Shown in pieces: positions 7,675 through 16,243 of a stretch of 32,000 bases of DNA. Every line of letters starts with the position of its first letter. Position 1 is the first letter of the stretch. The translations under genes and the position numbers were made by a program. The notes under the pieces were generated by a model. It saw only the letters and a list, made by a program, of their open reading frames with translations. It was not told the origin of the DNA and searched no databases. The stretch spans positions 450,001 through 482,000 of the forward strand of contig NZ_CP074694.1 of the NCBI RefSeq assembly GCF_018398935.1, written 5' to 3'. This DNA is from Telmatocola sphagniphila. GTDB lineage: Bacteria; Planctomycetota; Planctomycetia; Gemmatales; Gemmataceae.

Positions 7675-8202
7675 TTACAGCTTACTTTTACCGTTAATCC
7701 GTTTTGAGATTTCCGCTATCAGGGAACTTAAATCACCTTCCAAATTGCTATGAGGCAATAAAAATGCCTCAAATTTATTAAAGAAAATGTAAGTTCTTTC
7801 TCCATCAGATACTATCCGATTTATTTTCTCAATTTTAATACTGAGTACTCCGTTCTCTGAAGCATGGATTAAGTAATCTTCGGAAATAATAAGTTCAGAC
7901 CTTATCAGTTTGCTTGCATATTCTCCTTTATCGGAAGCACGGCGATGCTTCCTCTCGATCATGTTCCGATGTACTTCTGGCAGAATTGCTAGCAAAACTA
8001 GTAGAGATAGACTTCCTGTAAATAGGCTTGTTTCGAAATCCGTTTTACATATGTAAAAAACACCTATTAATATTGTGATATAAACGTATATAGATAAAAT
8101 AACAGATATATAATAATGCCTACGTACTTCTGGAACATGTAGTCTTATGTAGTTTTCAAAAGCAATCAAATCTTCTACTTGAAGTTGATATGTAACTTTC
8201 AT
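7675..8202 (-). CDS. YcxB-like membrane protein
   Basis: 175 aa. Two central hydrophobic helices (YYISVILSIYVYITILIGVFYI, LFTGSLSLLVLLAILP) are followed by IEKINRIVSDGERTYIFFNKFEAFLLPHSNL, resembling the YcxB-like C-terminal domain. Extremely AT-rich (12 G+C in the 60 nt of 8041-8100). Confidence 0.55.
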   Translation of the reverse strand: MKVTYQLQVEDLIAFENYIRLHVPEVRRHYYISVILSIYVYITILIGVFYICKTDFETSLFTGSLSLLVLLAILPEVHRNMIERKHRRASDKGEYASKLIRSELIISEDYLIHASENGVLSIKIEKINRIVSDGERTYIFFNKFEAFLLPHSNLEGDLSSLIAEISKRINGKSKL

Positions 8203-8338
8203 GCTATTACTTTATATAGGTCCGGTTGAAGATAACGTTTCTCCACATCAATATTTTGCAATTGTGCTTGAAGACTTCCAAAGGCGATCATCGAGAATCG
8301 GGCTGAATCGAACATCGCAGTCCATGTTTTCCTCTGAT

Positions 8339-8758
8339 TCACTTCCGTAACACATCATTCAGCCGTAAACCAAGACGAGAGGTCCAAAAAAAGCTCCAAC
8401 TGGCACTCCATAGTGGTAACACTACGAGCAGTTCTACTGGAATTCTCCACTCCCAGCCAAAACTCCTACCTTGGACTCGCCGTACACAATCGATGAAGAA
8501 ACCAACGATTGGGATTGCCTAAATTTTAATAGGAAAGCTGATGAGATTCGACGACCAAAATACATCTGGATTTCTCCAATCAGGAGCAAACAACCACGTA
8601 ATTGGGATGCAGACGATTACCGCACAGCCGAATGCTACTGAAGATTTTCGAATGCTCGACATGGAAGTAAGAAAAACTGTTCTCAACACGTAGACAGAAA
8701 TGATTATCGCCAGGAAGCCAACCCAAAAAAGCCAGCGGTTGTCGTTGCTCAGAAGCAT
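8339..8758 (-). pseudogene. small multi-TM membrane protein interrupted by an in-frame TAG
   Basis: Track ORF 8519..8758 (79 aa) ends at a TAG (8521-8519). The same frame continues for 59 more hydrophobic codons (AIPIVGFFIDCVRRVQGRSFGWEWRIPVELLVVLPLWSASWSFFWTSRLGLRLNDVLRK) to a TGA at 8341-8339. Frame check: 8758-8341=417=139x3. Confidence 0.45.
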
Positions 8759-9429
8759 TCCGATTCTCTCGTTCAGCGTAATTTACGATTACAGACATCC
8801 ACTTCCCAATGCTAGGTATCCAGAGGCAGCACAGGCTAGCAAAAACCTACCCGCCATTCTGCGTCGAATTTCCCGAACTCCTGCAAGCCAGTGAAGCGGA
8901 GTCGCTGCAACCTGAATTGAAAACGAGACTGCGAACACAGTTAGGGATGAGATCAATTTAGGCAATCGGCCGGGAGATCCTGATCGAGGTCAGTCGTTTC
9001 GCTGCGTTCCGGCATGCTTATGCCCTTCAAGAAAGATAACGATGCGAAGACCGCAAGATCACTACCAACGAAGAATATCTTCATGAGGAAGGACCCAGAT
9101 TTTAGGGCAATGGAATAGAAAACGTGAATCATGTCCTCGATGCTTGATAAAATTAGAATTATTCAGAGCCGTCGATCTGACTACCTTTGTCCTCGCAATC
9201 CTGCAATTCTGAAGCGATCCGTGGGACCAGAGTCCGAGGTGAACTGGAGGTGATCTTTTGCATCGAAGGCTCTGGAAGCTTCTTTAGCCACTCTTCAGAC
9301 TACGATAATCGTCGAAGTTCACCTCCCTGATCATCATGTAACCCATTGGTAACGCTCAGTTGCAATAAATGCCAAGAAACAGCACAATCGTAGAATGTTG
9401 GTCGTACTTATCACGCTTGGAGAACCTCT

Positions 9430-9828
9430 ATGACAGATCTCATTCTTGCCGCAGTCATTACCTGCTTCGCCCCGCCGGAGAACCTCAAGACACCCACGCA
9501 GATCATCTCCGGAAAGTTCGAAGGGGAAGCAACAGTCGAGTTCAAAGTCGCGAAATGCGGCAGGGTGCTAACGAATGGCGTCACGCGAGCTGATGAATGT
9601 GAGATGCTTCAACTTCAGCCGAAAGACGAGAAGTTCATCCTCTACCTAACGCGTGAAACAGCCACCCGGCTGAAGCAACTCGGAATTGACGATCCAGCCA
9701 CGCATTTTGAGGGTAAACTCGTCCGCGTGACGGGTTCAGTGGTGCAGAAGCTCCATAGCGACGGTAAACCCTGGTTCGAGATCACCGTTAGCAATCTTGA
9801 GCAGATTGCTGCGATACGCAAGCCGTAG
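9430..9828 (+). CDS. hypothetical small protein, hydrophobic N-terminus (possible secreted or lipid-anchored)
   Basis: 132-aa ORF. The N-terminus is MTDLILAAVITCFAPPENL. No known motif recognised. Confidence 0.5.
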   Translation: MTDLILAAVITCFAPPENLKTPTQIISGKFEGEATVEFKVAKCGRVLTNGVTRADECEMLQLQPKDEKFILYLTRETATRLKQLGIDDPATHFEGKLVRVTGSVVQKLHSDGKPWFEITVSNLEQIAAIRKP

Positions 9829-9937
9829 CGCCAGGTTTGAAGTTGAATTCGGCTCTCCTTTTGGTTATTGATAATTGAAGTCCACACTTCAAATTAGCAA
9901 CCCGATGAAGCATCTATAACGGATCGGGAGACCAGCG

Positions 9938-10414
9938 ATGTCGGAAGAATTCGAAACCTACTATACCGACCGACCAGAAGTTACAGTCACGGGCAGACCG
10001 TCCTTTCTGAATTCGATGCTAGTTGCCCTGCCGGTGATGCTCCTCTACGCGTTCGCGTGCTATTTGCCTGCAATCCAAACGTTCGGTCCCGTCGGATGGG
10101 GTGGTGGACCAAATCGCGTTCAAGTCCATACTGGCTTATACTGCCTCTTATTGGGATGGCTTCCGCACCCAAAAATATTTGTCCCCTGGAGTGCCAACAT
10201 TTTCTTGCTAGTCGGATTGATAGCGTTTTCGAGGGGCGGCAAGAAAACCGCCAAAATCTGTGGGATATTTGGTGTTTGCTGCGGTCTAGGAACGTTCAAT
10301 TTGCTTTTGAATAACGATACCAACGAGTTGCTTCTTGGGTATTATTTCTGGGAAGCGAGCTTGATCTATTTCCTCGTGGGAACGATTTTTGTCAGCAGAA
10401 CAGCGAGCCACTGA
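9938..10414 (+). CDS. hypothetical integral membrane protein (about 4 TM)
   Basis: 158 aa with four hydrophobic stretches (e.g. FLNSMLVALPVMLLYAFACYL, LLLGYYFWEASLIYFLVGTIFV). gggag lies upstream of the ATG. Confidence 0.55.
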   Translation: MSEEFETYYTDRPEVTVTGRPSFLNSMLVALPVMLLYAFACYLPAIQTFGPVGWGGGPNRVQVHTGLYCLLLGWLPHPKIFVPWSANIFLLVGLIAFSRGGKKTAKICGIFGVCCGLGTFNLLLNNDTNELLLGYYFWEASLIYFLVGTIFVSRTASH

Positions 10415-10654
10415 ACCGAACCTCACCTCGATGGCCTTTTGTGCTTCTGAAGCATTCTCGCCAGATCTAGGTAAATGATGGCTACATTTTCTCCCGGAAT
10501 TAAGGACGTCTCGATTACGCCAATGGAATTATCTTTGTCTGGCTATCAGGGAGCTATACACTTCATTTGCTAGCTTTTCGGTTTCAATAATTGATAAGTG
10601 GCATTGCCACAAAGGTCCAATCCCATTTTGTTCATTTAAAAGGTTGCTAGTTTT

Positions 10655-10957
10655 ATGGCACATGTGGTTACAGCTCCATGCGATGATTGCAGGTACACGG
10701 ATTGCTGTGTGGTTTGTCCGGTGGAGGCCTTCTACCAGGACGATAGGATGCTGTACATCCACCCCAGCTACTGCGACGATTGTGAAGCATGCGTTCCCGA
10801 ATGCCCTGTAGAAGCCATCTATGCGGAACACGACGTTCCGGTACGATGGCAGGGCTACATTCAATTGAATGCCGACCGGTGTAAAGTATTGGAAGACAAA
10901 GGTCAAATCACCATAAAACAAGAGCCTCTGAATGGTCCGCACTGCGAAGAAAATTAA
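10655..10957 (+). CDS. fdxA: 7Fe-type (3Fe-4S + 4Fe-4S) ferredoxin, FdxA-like
   Basis: MAHVVTAPCDDCRYTDCCVVCPVEAFYQDDRMLYIHPSYCDDCEACVPECPVEAIYAEHDVP...YIQLNA matches the Azotobacter-type ferredoxin I pattern: C-x2-C-x4-C-x3-CPV ... C-x2-C-x3-CP, then the IQLNA tail. Confidence 0.85.
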   Translation: MAHVVTAPCDDCRYTDCCVVCPVEAFYQDDRMLYIHPSYCDDCEACVPECPVEAIYAEHDVPVRWQGYIQLNADRCKVLEDKGQITIKQEPLNGPHCEEN

Positions 10958-11221
10958 TTCTAAGAGTCTACTCGGAAAGGCTTGCATTCTCCCGTGGCGA
11001 CACAGTGTTCGGATTCAATCCTATTAACTCTATCGCTTATCTCCCGTTAGGGTGGCGAATTAGATGGGAGACACGACAGAAGCAGGTGGGCCGCAGAGGT
11101 TAAGAAACATTGCCAAAAAACACTTCAGGATTCGAATAGGATCAATGCTGGTGATGTTCCTGTTGACGCCGACCAATCTTTCAAGCGAAAGAAATCGAAT
11201 CGTAAATTTTATTAACCCGCA

Positions 11222-11254
11222 GCTGAAGTCAAACAAATTCAGAATGACTTCAGC
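11222..11254. other. perfect 10-bp stem / 13-nt loop hairpin in a roughly 600-bp gene-free gap
   Basis: gctgaagtca (11222-11231) and tgacttcagc (11245-11254) are exact reverse complements. There is no adjacent T-run, so it is not a canonical intrinsic terminator. Confidence 0.6.
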
Positions 11255-11568
11255 CTTGCCGCCTGGAATTCCTGCAGTCCTGAAAAGGTTATGAAGTACT
11301 TCCACTTGTCCATTTCCGTGTGGTATCTGATGCAGAACCGGTATTCAGCCACCATGTAGGTATCTCGCTTGCACAGAATAAATGACTAGAGCGAAATCAT
11401 GGACTGGGTAAGGTAAATTTGTCCTCAATCCGCAGCTCAACCACGTTTTCCCTTGATGAACAATATTCCTTTGGCTATGATTTGGGAAAAATGCATACTT
11501 TCTCCAACTAGCATAACGATACGCTGGTCAGACTTTTTCAAAATTTGCCTTTTCAAAAGTGAAAATCT

Positions 11569-12321
11569 ATGCCCGAAGACACGAAATTCGATGCGTCGCA
11601 ATCGGTAAAACCTCTGCAGGAGAATACTCAATCTGCAAGCAAGACTGCACCTTATCGACCTTTGCCGATCAAGGCGTTCCCTGGGTATCCCGTTGTCGCA
11701 GTCCTCGCAGTACTCTCAATAGGGGTTTCGGTATTGTGGTGGAGTGAAGGTGACGAACGCATTATGCCCTTTCTAACGGACTATCGAACTTGGCACGGCG
11801 AGCCTTGGCGTCTAATTTCGTCGATTCTTCCACATGCCAATTTGATGCATCTCGCCTTTAATCTGTACTGGCTGTGGTATTTTGGTCCGGTGGTCGAAAA
11901 AGCATTCGGGGGCAGTGCAACCCTTGGAATTTTCCTTTTGCTTGCAGCTGGATCAAACGCTGCAGCGTATGCCTTCAATGAAGAGGGAGTTGGACTTTCG
12001 GGTTTGCTCTATGGGCTATGTGGAATGGTATGGATTCTGGGCCTTAGCGATGATCGATTCGCAGGGGTTGCCGATTCTCGAATCGCAAAATTCTTTCTGG
12101 TTTGCTTCTTTGTGTGCATTCTGCTTACTTTCTCTCAGATGTTGCTTGTTGGAAATGTCGCTCATGGGGCAGGTGCGATACTCGGCATATTGCTAGGGCT
12201 GACCATTTCGAGGAGAGGTTCAGAGCGAACAGCCTGGGCAAGCGTTTTAGCAGTCCTCGTTATGGCATTCATCTTTTATTGTTCGTTATCCACTCCACTT
12301 CCCGAATATCTCAACAAGTAG
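11569..12321 (+). CDS. rhomboid-family intramembrane serine protease
   Basis: 250 aa, multi-TM. Motifs: WRLISSILPHANLMHLAFNLYWLWYFG (H-x3-N region), GLSGLLYGL (GxSG catalytic Ser), GNVAHGAGAILG (catalytic His). Confidence 0.85.
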   Translation: MPEDTKFDASQSVKPLQENTQSASKTAPYRPLPIKAFPGYPVVAVLAVLSIGVSVLWWSEGDERIMPFLTDYRTWHGEPWRLISSILPHANLMHLAFNLYWLWYFGPVVEKAFGGSATLGIFLLLAAGSNAAAYAFNEEGVGLSGLLYGLCGMVWILGLSDDRFAGVADSRIAKFFLVCFFVCILLTFSQMLLVGNVAHGAGAILGILLGLTISRRGSERTAWASVLAVLVMAFIFYCSLSTPLPEYLNK

Positions 12322-12609
12322 GCTTTACCCAACAACAGGAAGATCTGACGAAACTGACGGGCTATTAGCAATTGCCGTAAAGAATTATAAAAAATGAAGA
12401 CAGGAGGGTGAAGCCACATATCACGACGATTTCATTCCGCAAAAAGCGAATTCAGATCAGCCCCAACATGAAAAGTCTGACTTTGTGAAATAGGAAGTCT
12501 CACTTCTCAAGGTATTCTTTGGTATGCATCAGATCCCACTTCGATTTGGACCAAGTATCCTGGTCGCTCCGAAAGTACTTCTACCGTTATCGTTCATGGC
12601 GGCCGATCC

Positions 12610-13566
12610 TTAATACCGCTGAAGCAATTCCGTAACACTATCCGCTAGTAATCGGTAACTTTCCCGACTGTAACCCCCACTGGGCAGCATAACAACAGGA
12701 ATTCCTCGAATCCGAAACTGCTCGACCACATAGAGGTCTCTTTGGAGAATGTCTTGTGAGTGCAGTCGAAGTCCTCCAAAGCGATCTTTGAAGTAGACAT
12801 CAGTACCCGCATTGTAAATACCCAAACTTGGAAGCCGCGATTTTGCGGAATCATCAAGGAACTTCGGCAGATTGGTCCTCAAGATTTCGAGGTACTTCGA
12901 TCCCACACATCTCGAACGAACTGACAAATCGCAATCGATTCTATCAGTGGCAGTGTCATCGAAGAAGGGATAATTTTGCTTATTGTAGATGTCTAGAATT
13001 CGGAAGTGCGGATCGTTTAGGAACTGGTAACAAACTCCATTTCCTTGGTGTGCGTCCAAATCGACGTATGCAATTATAGATTCGTCTTCGAGAACCCCTT
13101 CATGGCGTAGTTGCTTCACTGCCATCGCGATGTCGGAAAACAGGCAAAAACCCTCACTACGGTTCGGTTTGGCATGGTGATAGCCTCCAGACAGATTGAT
13201 TGCCAAGCCATCCGCCAGGGCTGCTTTGGCGGCAATTACTGTGCCTCGACACGCCCAAAGCATCGGTGACATGATCTTCCAACGTAGAACCCAATTGGGA
13301 ATGTGGCGAAACGGTGGCATTTCCAAGGCAGCGGCAACAACCTTTGAGTTGTAAAGCGAACTCAGATAATCAGATGAGTGGACCAGTTCGAGTTCGGCAA
13401 AAGTTGCTGGACGATCTACTTCGATGTGGAATTCCGAAAGCCTTTTCCCGAATGCGGTCGACAATTCTTTCCACGCACGACCGTATTTTTTGCCATCAAA
13501 CGCATGAAAACGTTCGAATCCCCAGAAGCCCAGGTTGTAGTGCCTGCTGTAGACTACTTTTGCCAT
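12610..13566 (-). CDS. class IV (HDAC11-like) histone-deacetylase-family deacetylase
   Basis: 318 aa. VVYSRHYN..FERFHAFDGKKYG, INLSGGYHHAKPNRSEGFCLFSDIAMAV, YVDLDAHQGNG, IYNAGTDVYFKDRFGGLRL and MLPSGGY are collinear with human HDAC11 motifs as I recall them. Confidence 0.85.
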   Translation of the reverse strand: MAKVVYSRHYNLGFWGFERFHAFDGKKYGRAWKELSTAFGKRLSEFHIEVDRPATFAELELVHSSDYLSSLYNSKVVAAALEMPPFRHIPNWVLRWKIMSPMLWACRGTVIAAKAALADGLAINLSGGYHHAKPNRSEGFCLFSDIAMAVKQLRHEGVLEDESIIAYVDLDAHQGNGVCYQFLNDPHFRILDIYNKQNYPFFDDTATDRIDCDLSVRSRCVGSKYLEILRTNLPKFLDDSAKSRLPSLGIYNAGTDVYFKDRFGGLRLHSQDILQRDLYVVEQFRIRGIPVVMLPSGGYSRESYRLLADSVTELLQRY

Positions 13567-13745
13567 CAGGAATACTTGGTGATGTAAGGACTGTTTTGGT
13601 CAGGAATATTGTACCTATAAAACGAAGATTTTCTGCCTGAACCTGCCGCAAGGATCTCCGCCAGATCCATGCTCAATTCTCGTTCTTGACGCTTTGACAG
13701 TTTTAGTGAATGGGGGAGGAACTGGGCTTTGGGCGATGGATTAAT

Positions 13746-14114
13746 TTATCGTACGATCACATCTATGGCTTTTTTCATTGTCGCGGCATCGATCTTGCCC
13801 TCGAACTGTCGAAGAGTTTGAACGAAATCAAGAATCGCCTCGGTATTGCCCGAAACAGGGTTTTCGGCTTTGGGTTTGGTCAGTTTGCCGCTAGAATTGA
13901 CTTTCTTTCGAGCCAATGCCCGATACTGATATACAGTCAATTTTGGCAATTCAACGCCGTGTTTTTCTTTGATCCAATCAATGATTTGCTGAACATCTGC
14001 ATCAATGCTGAGTGCTGCAATCGCCTCACGAAATAATTCAGATTTGTTCACTTTACCCGCTGGTTCCGCAGGTGTTTCAACAGGTGCCTTGCTTACCTTT
14101 GCTTTCGCCATCAA
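13746..14114 (-). CDS. hypothetical Lys/Ala/Pro-rich small protein
   Basis: 122 aa with N-terminus MMAKAKVSKAPVETPAEPAGKVNK. No motif recognised. A 31-bp palindrome lies about 60 nt upstream. Confidence 0.5.
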   Translation of the reverse strand: MMAKAKVSKAPVETPAEPAGKVNKSELFREAIAALSIDADVQQIIDWIKEKHGVELPKLTVYQYRALARKKVNSSGKLTKPKAENPVSGNTEAILDFVQTLRQFEGKIDAATMKKAIDVIVR

Positions 14115-14169
14115 AAAACTCCTTTGTGAAATAATATCAGATGAGTAATATTACGAATAAATAGACGAA

Positions 14170-14200
14170 TGTCAAAATTTGCACTGTGCAAATTTTGTCA
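14170..14200. promoter_or_regulatory. 31-bp near-perfect palindrome (candidate operator) upstream of 13746..14114
   Basis: The core caaaatttgcac-t-gtgcaaattttg (14173-14197) has 12/12 complementary arms around a single central base. Extended arms 14170-14184 / 14186-14200 pair at 14/15 positions. It sits in an AT-rich intergenic region. Confidence 0.35.
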
Positions 14201-14344
14201 ATGTCTTCTATTTTTACTTGTTTTGAAATACTTTCGGTTCGAAAATCTAGAAAGGTTTTGACCAATAGCCTGAATCGAAGAAAAACAACAAACAGCGGCA
14301 CCGTGAGTTTTTCAATGTTTTTAATTCCAAAATCTCAGCCGCAA

Positions 14345-14703
14345 TCAACGAGGAACTGGTGAACGTCTCAAAGGACTGTGATCAAAATTTCTTCGGTAAA
14401 AATGATTAGGAGCATCGAAAACCTTCAAAAATTCCCATTTTCGAGTATCATGTCGTTTTACTTTCCCCTGACGATGAAGCCGCACAAGTATCCATAGTTT
14501 CCGTTTCACCGCACTCAAGCGAGCAATAGGACGCACTCTTCAACATAAAAAGGAAGATTGTCTTCGATGATTCGCCACGTAAGAACGCGAACTGTTGGGA
14601 CAGCATCGAACTCCCCCATAGCGACACTGCCAATCTCATTCAGATCCCAATCAATCGATAGAGAGTCTTTCAATATTTGAGGTAGCAGAGGCGAAAGCCA
14701 CAT
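14345..14703 (-). pseudogene. broken small gene (coding signal spread over three overlapping frames)
   Basis: Three same-strand ORFs, 14515..14703, 14448..14639 and 14345..14536, overlap in different frames. The first and last could join to about 120 aa (MWLSPLLPQILKD...NLPFYVEE / VRPIARLSAVKRKLWILVRLHRQGKVKRHDTRKWEFLKVFD...). No motif recognised. Confidence 0.3.
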
Positions 14704-14817
14704 AGCATGAACCTATCCTCCTGATAGGATCAAGAAAACCTGAAATATAGCGAAACCGAAAACAAGGGTGTAAAATCGAACGTGTATTGTTACCGATGCC
14801 ATATTTCGACGATTCAT

Positions 14818-15810
14818 CTAAATAGATTCTTTGTCGTTTATCTCTGCGTTTAGGTCTTTATCCAGAAGATGTTCCCGAATTAGTCGGATCGCCCAACAAT
14901 GCTCTGTATGCCTGGGATAAAGCGATAGGTGGGCATGGAGAGCATGATTCGAAAGTTTTTTTGCCTTCAAATATTGAACTATCTCATCGTGACGAACTGG
15001 AGAGCTGCCTACCAAAGGTGTGAGTCCCTTCAATTCAGAAATATCACGGCTATCCAATGTGTTCGAACTTGCCAAAAGTGGGAAAATATCAAAAAAGATA
15101 TGAGAAAAGTGATCTGAAAGGGAATTTCTGGATTCAAAAAAGGTTTGGTTGATTATCTTTTCATCAAAACGCTCTATTTCAGACATGTGAATTTCGACAT
15201 AATTAGCAATTGAATTCCAAGCGAAAGCCTCCATTGATTCTGTTACGGAATTTCTCTCAACTGATAGACATATCCTATCGAGATTGTTTGTTCGAGGAAA
15301 TGGATTTATTCCTTCTACTGCTGCAAATATTGCCTCATTCATGTTTACCGGCTCAATCACTTTGGGATCGTATCTTTTTCCCAGCAAGTCGAAGGCTTTG
15401 AGCGCGGACCAGGATGTGCGTAAACGATAATCTTCGATAAGTCTGCACGCATTACCATAATCCGTCGAAAAGCCATCATCAAGTTCGATTTCCATTATAG
15501 ATCCCTTCAGATCAAAAAGATCTCGAAATATCTTCATCTCCGCTTCGGGATGAATCAAATAGTAGGAATTGCTAAAAATCTCATTACTCTGGACATATTT
15601 TGCGATTTCCTCTGGAAGGTAATCAACAATTGCTCGAACGCAGTAGATCAAAAAAGCACGCCAGAGATCGTCTCTAATTTCTCCCTGATAGGCAGAAATA
15701 TTCAGTTCGATATTTCGGATGTGCAATCCGTCTGGAATCATCGTTGACGTAAAATAAATCAAATCTCGGTCCTCTACTCCAAAGCCTACAGTTCTACTGC
15801 TGTTCCCCAC
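14818..15810 (-). CDS. hypothetical protein, AT-rich orphan (330 aa)
   Basis: Long uninterrupted ORF in very AT-rich DNA (19 G+C in 15121-15180). No signal peptide, TM segment or catalytic motif recognised. Confidence 0.6.
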   Translation of the reverse strand: MGNSSRTVGFGVEDRDLIYFTSTMIPDGLHIRNIELNISAYQGEIRDDLWRAFLIYCVRAIVDYLPEEIAKYVQSNEIFSNSYYLIHPEAEMKIFRDLFDLKGSIMEIELDDGFSTDYGNACRLIEDYRLRTSWSALKAFDLLGKRYDPKVIEPVNMNEAIFAAVEGINPFPRTNNLDRICLSVERNSVTESMEAFAWNSIANYVEIHMSEIERFDEKIINQTFFESRNSLSDHFSHIFFDIFPLLASSNTLDSRDISELKGLTPLVGSSPVRHDEIVQYLKAKKLSNHALHAHLSLYPRHTEHCWAIRLIREHLLDKDLNAEINDKESI

Positions 15811-16243
15811 TTCAATCGAGCCATTGTACCTTCTGATTTGCTCGCCTCAAAAAAGAAAAAGGTACATCATGGTCGAAGTTACCAGACCCAAATTCTCGGC
15901 AGGCAAAGTCGTGGTACCTCCAGTCGCGGTGGAAGTCATGAAGCGGGCAGTTCAATCTCCCTATAGATTCGGGCATAAGCCACCAAATTTAGAGAAGAGG
16001 GGTTTTTGATGTCTGAGGAGACTGGATCTACGAGTCCTCGAACGAAAAGTGAGTAAAAAGAATGATGGAACGGCTCGACTGATTATTGGCTGCCAAAAGA
16101 GAGTTAGGCTGTATAGCTATTCTTAGAGATGTTTCACGACTAGGCGTCACGATAGTCTTGTTACCCTCGTGGAATTCGATAACTTGCAATCTAAGGCAAA
16201 CTAATTGAAAAGCTATCTGAAGTGAACTTCAGGGCAGAAGCAA

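Noticed and set aside
10529-10987. 152-aa minus-strand ORF
   Set aside because: It is antisense to the ferredoxin gene, whose Cys-motif pattern is unambiguous. No motif of its own.
11437-11747. ORFs 11437..11631 (-) and 11559..11747 (+)
   Set aside because: They overlap the start of the rhomboid gene or its upstream region. The rhomboid frame (start at 11569) explains the coding signal.
13567-13745. 33-codon minus-strand uORF (MDLAEILAAGSGRKSSFYRYNIPDQNSPYITKYS) whose TGA overlaps the HDAC ATG (TGATG)
   Set aside because: The overlap is suggestive of coupling. However, the ORF is short, has no RBS I can point to and shows no recognisable peptide features, so it was not called.
15824-16009. 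61-aa plus-strand ORF in the divergent intergenic region
   Set aside because: There is no RBS, and the listed start gives an odd N-terminus. The internal MVEVTRPKFSAGKVVVPPVAVEVMKRA piece is too short to assign. It was treated as non-coding.
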